Positions 59,092 through 64,000 of a stretch of DNA of 64,000 nucleotides are shown here, one piece after another. The stretch is from Salinispira sp. (GTDB lineage Bacteria; Spirochaetota; Spirochaetia; DSM-27196; Salinispiraceae): assembly GCA_965226555.1 (NCBI GenBank), contig CBDDDG010000010.1:224001-288000 (forward strand), read 5' to 3'. Positions within the stretch are counted from its first letter, which is position 1. The number at the start of each line of letters is the position of its first letter. The notes below the pieces were generated by a model. That model did no database searches, was not told the origin of the DNA, and saw nothing but the letters and a program-made list of their open reading frames with translations. Both the position numbers and the translations under genes were made by a program.

Positions 59092-60657
59092 CTATTCTTC
59101 AATTTCTTCAAACAGGGTGTAGGCATAGAGTTTAGCGCCCCCAGCAGTAATAGGAGGAGTAGTAGAAGTACCAGCACCATTCACATCACTTGCTATCCAC
59201 ATCGTTCTTCCATCTGACCAGATACCGGTATTATCTGTGTTTTCGATATCATTGAGTGTGAACGTTTTTGTTGGATCGGAGGTTCCGTCACTCATCTTGT
59301 AGGCGGCAATCCGAGTTCTCATAACATCGGTACCCATATCATCAATGGTAACATCAGCCAGTATCCACAGTGTGGTTCCATCTGACCATATACCTTCGAG
59401 CCTACCCAGATTATCGCTTAGGTTGATATCTTTTGCAGAATCAGCTTCTCCGGTACTCAGCTTGTAGGCATAGATTTTTTTATTACTACCATTAGTATCT
59501 GCCACCCACATTGTCGTTCCGTTCGACCAGATGCCTGCGGGAATTGTGCCTGAGTACACTCCGCTTACGGGATATGGAGCGCCACTGACAGTGAAACTTT
59601 TGTTTGTGTCTGGCATTGGATCAAAGTTTCCGTTACTCATTTTATTATGGGCGTGGATGTTAGCATGAGAACCATATTCTCCCTCTGTCACCCACATCGT
59701 TTCTCCATCTGACCAGATATACAAGGGTTGATAGGAGAGATTGATATCACTTCCTGACATACGGGTTTTGTCACTCACTTTGTAGGCATAGATTTTTCTA
59801 TTATCACTAGTATCTGCCACCCACATTGTCGTCTCATCCGACCAAATGCCGTAGGGGTAACTGATTACGGCACCCGCCATATCCAGACTATCGAAATTCT
59901 TACTTTCGTCATAGGCGCCGACAAATTTCAGCCCTCCGGATTGAGATGGAGACCACGCGCCATTGCCCTGCGCATTGGCGGCGCGGACACGCACATCGTA
60001 GCTCATGCCGTTTTCGAGGTTCATAATGGTGTGGGTTGTAGCTGGCGCGGCGACAGTAATAGCAGCGATGCTCGTTGTGTTATCTGGCGGCCAGTCATCG
60101 GCGCTGAGTTTGCGCTGCACATGGTACTCGGTAATGGCGCTGCCGCCATTATCTTTCGGAGCAGTCCATGTAGCAGTGATTTCCCCATTCCCCGCTTCGA
60201 GGGTTGGAGCATCCGGCGCGGCAGGAACGGCAACAGGGGTTGCGACGGCAGATTTCGACCATGCGCTGGGTCCCTGCGCGTTAACGGCGCGCACCTGTAC
60301 TTCGTAGGTGTTGCCGTTTGTCAGTCCGGTAATGATCCGGCTTGCGCTGGTAATGCCGGAAATATCCGTCCATGCTCCGCCGCCTGTGCGATATTGCAGC
60401 TCATACCCGGTAATGGCGCTGCCGCCATCGTCCGGCGCAGTCCATGTTGCGGTAAGTATCGCATTCCCCGATTCAAGGGTTGGCGCAGCCATTGTGCCCG
60501 GCACAGTTGGATCGGGTGGATCGGGTTCCGGTGTTGGGCATCCGCTGAGTACCAGCGCCGCAACAATGAAGGTAAGTATCGCTCTGAAAAAACGGAACTT
60601 GTGTTGTGTTGTGTTGTGTTGTGTTGTGTTGTGTTGTGTTGTGTTGTCTGAAATCAT
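59092..60657 (-). CDS. Surface lipoprotein: 2 Fn3 domains + GIWSDG-repeat beta-propeller; SSR in the signal peptide
   Basis: RBS AAGGAG, lipobox VLSG-C, two Fn3, five (G/Y)IWS(D/N)xxT(M/L)W repeats. Confidence 0.82.
   Translation of the reverse strand: MISDNTTQHNTTQHNTTQHKFRFFRAILTFIVAALVLSGCPTPEPDPPDPTVPGTMAAPTLESGNAILTATWTAPDDGGSAITGYELQYRTGGGAWTDISGITSASRIITGLTNGNTYEVQVRAVNAQGPSAWSKSAVATPVAVPAAPDAPTLEAGNGEITATWTAPKDNGGSAITEYHVQRKLSADDWPPDNTTSIAAITVAAPATTHTIMNLENGMSYDVRVRAANAQGNGAWSPSQSGGLKFVGAYDESKNFDSLDMAGAVISYPYGIWSDETTMWVADTSDNRKIYAYKVSDKTRMSGSDINLSYQPLYIWSDGETMWVTEGEYGSHANIHAHNKMSNGNFDPMPDTNKSFTVSGAPYPVSGVYSGTIPAGIWSNGTTMWVADTNGSNKKIYAYKLSTGEADSAKDINLSDNLGRLEGIWSDGTTLWILADVTIDDMGTDVMRTRIAAYKMSDGTSDPTKTFTLNDIENTDNTGIWSDGRTMWIASDVNGAGTSTTPPITAGGAKLYAYTLFEEIEE
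60601..60645 (-). repeat. Pentanucleotide simple sequence repeat, 9 units
   Basis: (GTGTT)9 on the + strand, 12 nt after the start codon. Encodes NTTQH x3. Confidence 0.95.
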
Positions 60658-60677
60658 ATAATCTCCTTTGAATATCA

Positions 60678-60804
60678 GAAACTTTTGCTGCTGAAAATTG
60701 TGCAGAGCTCAATTTTCAGCAGCAAAAGTTTCCGATCTGGAATGCTTTCTTTGTGCTTAGCATTCTCCTATTTTATAGAAAGTTTTGCATTTTGCAAAAC
60801 TTTG
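60678..60804 (-). mobile_element. Palindromic MITE-like element, 127-bp copy, followed by a variant copy (60810-60884)
   Basis: Reverse complement aligns along its length with 37322-37447. Flanked by TATCA at 60673-60677 and 60805-60809. Confidence 0.78.
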
Positions 60805-60983
60805 TATCAGAAACTTTTGCATTGATAAAGTTTTGCCTCAACGGAAAATTGTGCAGAGCTCAATTTTCAGCAGCAAAACTTTCCATATCTTGAGAAAATC
60901 AAGAATATCACAAAATTTTCTATAAGTATACTACGAAAACCATATAATTGCAATTTTTCAATAGCCAATGCGATTCTGTGAAA

Positions 60984-62609
60984 TTAATACCATGATGGCA
61001 GCAGATCACCTATTACGCCGGAGTCAATGAACATGTCGACTTTGAGTCCGGTATATGTGCCGTTTCTATTGATGCCGACAGTATTGGGGTCAGCATCATT
61101 ATCGGGCATCCAATAATCCTTCCATTCCTCAAGATTTTGATTGAATGCAGATGCACTCCGGAACATATGGCTCATATTTGTTACCGAGCCGACATCCCAG
61201 TCCGAGATATCGCCATTGAAGGAGCTTGCGCTCTGGAACATCCCGGACATATTCCTTACCGAACTGACAGTCCATTCCGAGATATCGCCATTGAAGGCGC
61301 TTGCCCCAAAGAACATTCCAAGCATATTCCTTACCGCGCTGACATCCCAGTCCGAGATATCGCCATTGAATGCGCTTCTCTCGAACATCTGCTGCATATT
61401 CGTTACTGAGCTGACATTCCAGCCGGAGATATTGCCATTGAAGGCGTTTGCGCCATCGAACATATATCCCATATCCGTTATTGCTGTGGTAATAATGTAG
61501 TTGAGATCGGCAGTATTGCCCCAGGTTGATATTCCCGCAGCTACCGCTGTTTTCAGTGCCGCGTTATCAGCAGGACTCACGGTAACATAAAACTTTTCGG
61601 TAACCCGTGTATTCTTATCGGTTCCGTCTATGACAGATACATTGTATGTTCCAGCCGTTGTACTCGCGCTAACGGTAATAACTCCGGTACTTGAGTCAAC
61701 TGTCGGCGGGGCAACCGATCTCATGGAAGTAACCCCAGCCACAGTAACGCTTGGCTTCTCCGCATTGGCAACTGCCTCATCAATGGCAGCCGACAGAATG
61801 ACGGACATTGCCGCACCACCTGGAGGAACCTTCGGAACCTGCCTCGCAAGCGGCCGCAGTGTTCTTGTTGCGGATGCAGACCATTCGCCATCGCCCTGCG
61901 CGTTGACAGCGCGCACCCGCACATCGTAGGAGGTGGTACCGTCGTTCGTCAGTCCGGTAATGGTGTGGCTCGCAACAGTACCGGCGATAGGGTCGGTGAC
62001 CGGCGTCCAGTTAGAACCGCTGTCTGAACTATACTGCACATGGTACTTGGTAATGTCGTTGCCGCCGTCATCTGGCGCAGCCCATGAGGCGGTGAGCTGG
62101 GTGTCTCCAACTGTGAGCGTGGGAGCATTCGGCGCGCTGGGAACGGTATCGTAGATTATGGTTACTATCAGGTAGCTGTTGCCGGAAGGATGAACAAGCG
62201 GCGCCTCGACGGCAGCCTTGTATGCGTGAATGCTGAGTCGGTCGCCTAAAAGTGTGAAGGGGTTTTCTTTATTTTGCGTTGCGCTGGTAATGCCGTTGTA
62301 TGCGGGAATTTCTGCAAATGAGTCGCCAAATGCATAGTGTATGACTGCGCCGGGAGTATCTGACTGTGCGATAATTTCCACATTATTATATTTGACAGTT
62401 ATTTCGCCTGCCTTGGGCTCCCAAAGATCAGTGCCTTTTTTGCGGACATACCATTGCGGCTTCTGCGCGCGCTCAACATTGTTGTTAACGGCGCTGGGGG
62501 GAATGCGGTCGTCTTTATTGGGAATGTAGACAAAGGCTGAGGGGCAGGCCGCAAGTATGAGCATGAAAACACAAAGAACGGTAATATATAGTTTTTTCCG
62601 AACATTCAT
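60984..62609 (-). CDS. Surface lipoprotein: Ig-like/Fn3 + DUF285/BspA-like repeats
   Basis: GGAGAG before ATG 62609, lipobox LAA-C, SDTPGAVIHY, one Fn3, five ~25-aa MF..A..FN.(D/N) repeats. Paralog of 23335-24612 (shared WG.TA.LNYIITTA and PSWY end). Confidence 0.82.
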   Translation of the reverse strand: MNVRKKLYITVLCVFMLILAACPSAFVYIPNKDDRIPPSAVNNNVERAQKPQWYVRKKGTDLWEPKAGEITVKYNNVEIIAQSDTPGAVIHYAFGDSFAEIPAYNGITSATQNKENPFTLLGDRLSIHAYKAAVEAPLVHPSGNSYLIVTIIYDTVPSAPNAPTLTVGDTQLTASWAAPDDGGNDITKYHVQYSSDSGSNWTPVTDPIAGTVASHTITGLTNDGTTSYDVRVRAVNAQGDGEWSASATRTLRPLARQVPKVPPGGAAMSVILSAAIDEAVANAEKPSVTVAGVTSMRSVAPPTVDSSTGVITVSASTTAGTYNVSVIDGTDKNTRVTEKFYVTVSPADNAALKTAVAAGISTWGNTADLNYIITTAITDMGYMFDGANAFNGNISGWNVSSVTNMQQMFERSAFNGDISDWDVSAVRNMLGMFFGASAFNGDISEWTVSSVRNMSGMFQSASSFNGDISDWDVGSVTNMSHMFRSASAFNQNLEEWKDYWMPDNDADPNTVGINRNGTYTGLKVDMFIDSGVIGDLLPSWY

Positions 62610-62772
62610 TGGTAATACTCTCCAATTTCGTAATGGCTGAAACGGCTGAAAAAAACTGACTATTAAGAAAGTTTTGCAAAATGCAAACATACACATTATA
62701 TATCCTGTAGCGGGAAAAATCAATACTAATCCCAAAATCGCCAAAAATCAGCAAAATACATGCAAAAATTTC

Positions 62773-63969
62773 CTAAAAATAGACAATTGAAGGCTCATTC
62801 ATGTTATCGATCACGTCCTTTTTTATTGTTCCAAGGTTTTCAAATGTGTCGATGTCGGGCTTGAAACACAGCGTGTAATGCTCCATGAGCCCATTCATAA
62901 TTGAAACATCGGGATTGATGTATTCGGCCATCGGTAAGAAACTCACCCGATAATTATTCTGCTTAATTTTTTCAACCAGCACCGCAGATGGAAGATGAAG
63001 TTTCAATTTCCTTCCGTGCACAAGATCAATGCCGATTCGCGATTGTCCGCATCCGAGTATCCAGGCAGACCCGGGCAGAAAAATACAGCTGCGTCTGCCT
63101 GTTTTTGAAAGATCGACACGAAGGTTTCTTTCTGTGCCGTCATGATTCCTGCTGCGCAGTGTCAAGGTTCTGCGCATGGACACCTCATCCCACAAAACAA
63201 GCATTTGGGGAATGTAGCGGAGGACAGTATGATCCTCAACAATCCAAGGATGCTGAATGTAGGTATCCAGATAGAGTTCTCGGTTATTGTTTACAAGGAG
63301 AAAATCGTTGGAAATGCGGCCGCTGATCTTGGTGCCGGGAACTTCAAGGCTGAGAATCTGCCGTAATCCGCGTATGCCCCCATCTTCAACCGCAACGGCA
63401 TTCTCTATTTTGAAGGCATGTTTCCGTCCAATTTTTCCTCTTCTGAGGAGGAAAAGAGATGATATGCCGCCCGGAAAAACAAAGGTTCCGCCGTTGTACA
63501 CCATTCTGTCGATGTTACCCTGAGTAAAAAACACCGTAAAATCCTGTTCCCGCAGTTCCACATCGCCGAGAAGGCTCAGGGTAATTGTCCGCCAGAAACG
63601 CGGCTCTTCCGTATGATCCGGATGAGGAAGGGGAAATATACTGCTGAACGATGCTTTTCGGGAAGGTTTTTTCCCGGGCTTCGAAAGAAACTGGGAGATA
63701 AATTCCGGACCGAAGTACGGAGGATCAAATTCCGGCCAGTCCACCGAGAGCTCTTCTTCCGAATTACCCGCGGCATGAAGCGGCCGAATTTCTCCTCTTC
63801 CACAGATAAGTTCATGCTTTTTCTTCGACAGCGCCAGAAATGCCTCCAATATTCTTTTATGCTCCTTGTCTCCATTAACCATAATAATGGTGTCCCAGTT
63901 ATCTTCTTTTTGAAAGATTTCCCGGTTCATGAGCTGCAGTACTTCATGCCTGCTTTTTTCAATCTTCAT
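62773..63969 (-). CDS. Hypothetical protein
   Basis: 398-aa ORF with no recognisable motif. Confidence 0.6.
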   Translation of the reverse strand: MKIEKSRHEVLQLMNREIFQKEDNWDTIIMVNGDKEHKRILEAFLALSKKKHELICGRGEIRPLHAAGNSEEELSVDWPEFDPPYFGPEFISQFLSKPGKKPSRKASFSSIFPLPHPDHTEEPRFWRTITLSLLGDVELREQDFTVFFTQGNIDRMVYNGGTFVFPGGISSLFLLRRGKIGRKHAFKIENAVAVEDGGIRGLRQILSLEVPGTKISGRISNDFLLVNNNRELYLDTYIQHPWIVEDHTVLRYIPQMLVLWDEVSMRRTLTLRSRNHDGTERNLRVDLSKTGRRSCIFLPGSAWILGCGQSRIGIDLVHGRKLKLHLPSAVLVEKIKQNNYRVSFLPMAEYINPDVSIMNGLMEHYTLCFKPDIDTFENLGTIKKDVIDNMNEPSIVYF

Positions 63970-64000
63970 TCTCAGTCCCGATGCAAAATGCCGGGCGCTG

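Overview
Bacterial chromosome segment, probably from a spirochaete. This is inferred from spirochaete-type lipoprotein signal peptides, an HDOD protein and a LolA-like export operon; the many Fn3/DUF285 surface proteins suggest a host-associated lifestyle. 1-16.6 kb is a mosaic defence island ending at the 3' end of a tRNA-Ile2(CAT). It is a type I restriction-modification locus with hsdM outside the window. It carries the 3' end of a HEPN toxin, an MNT-nucleotidyltransferase::HsdS fusion, an RloC-type ATPase/HEPN nuclease, an AT-rich J-domain + vWA gene pair, an IS3 element, an OLD-like ATPase-TOPRIM gene, an HNH nuclease, an Rpn nuclease, hsdR with a ~230-bp repeat insertion, and a DUF6978/DUF1828-1829-like pair. 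The HNH and Rpn genes each lie between direct repeats of the hsdR 5' end. 16.9-40.6 kb is mostly housekeeping: oppABCDF, DUF368, GDPD, ROK kinase, glnS, pgsA, an M32 peptidase, thrS, HDOD and topA. It also holds an Fn3/DUF285 lipoprotein and a second Rpn gene split by an insertion. 40.7-64 kb holds a tandem pair of Fn3x8-GH18-PA14 lipoproteins (one degraded), a lipid-enzyme + ABC/LolA-like/barrel export operon, and two more Fn3 lipoproteins, one with an in-frame (CACAA)9 tract. A variable-length, hairpin-rich non-autonomous element (ends CAAAGTTTTGC...AAAAGTTTC) with 5-bp target-site duplications recurs across the window. All family assignments come from motifs read by eye; no database searches were run.
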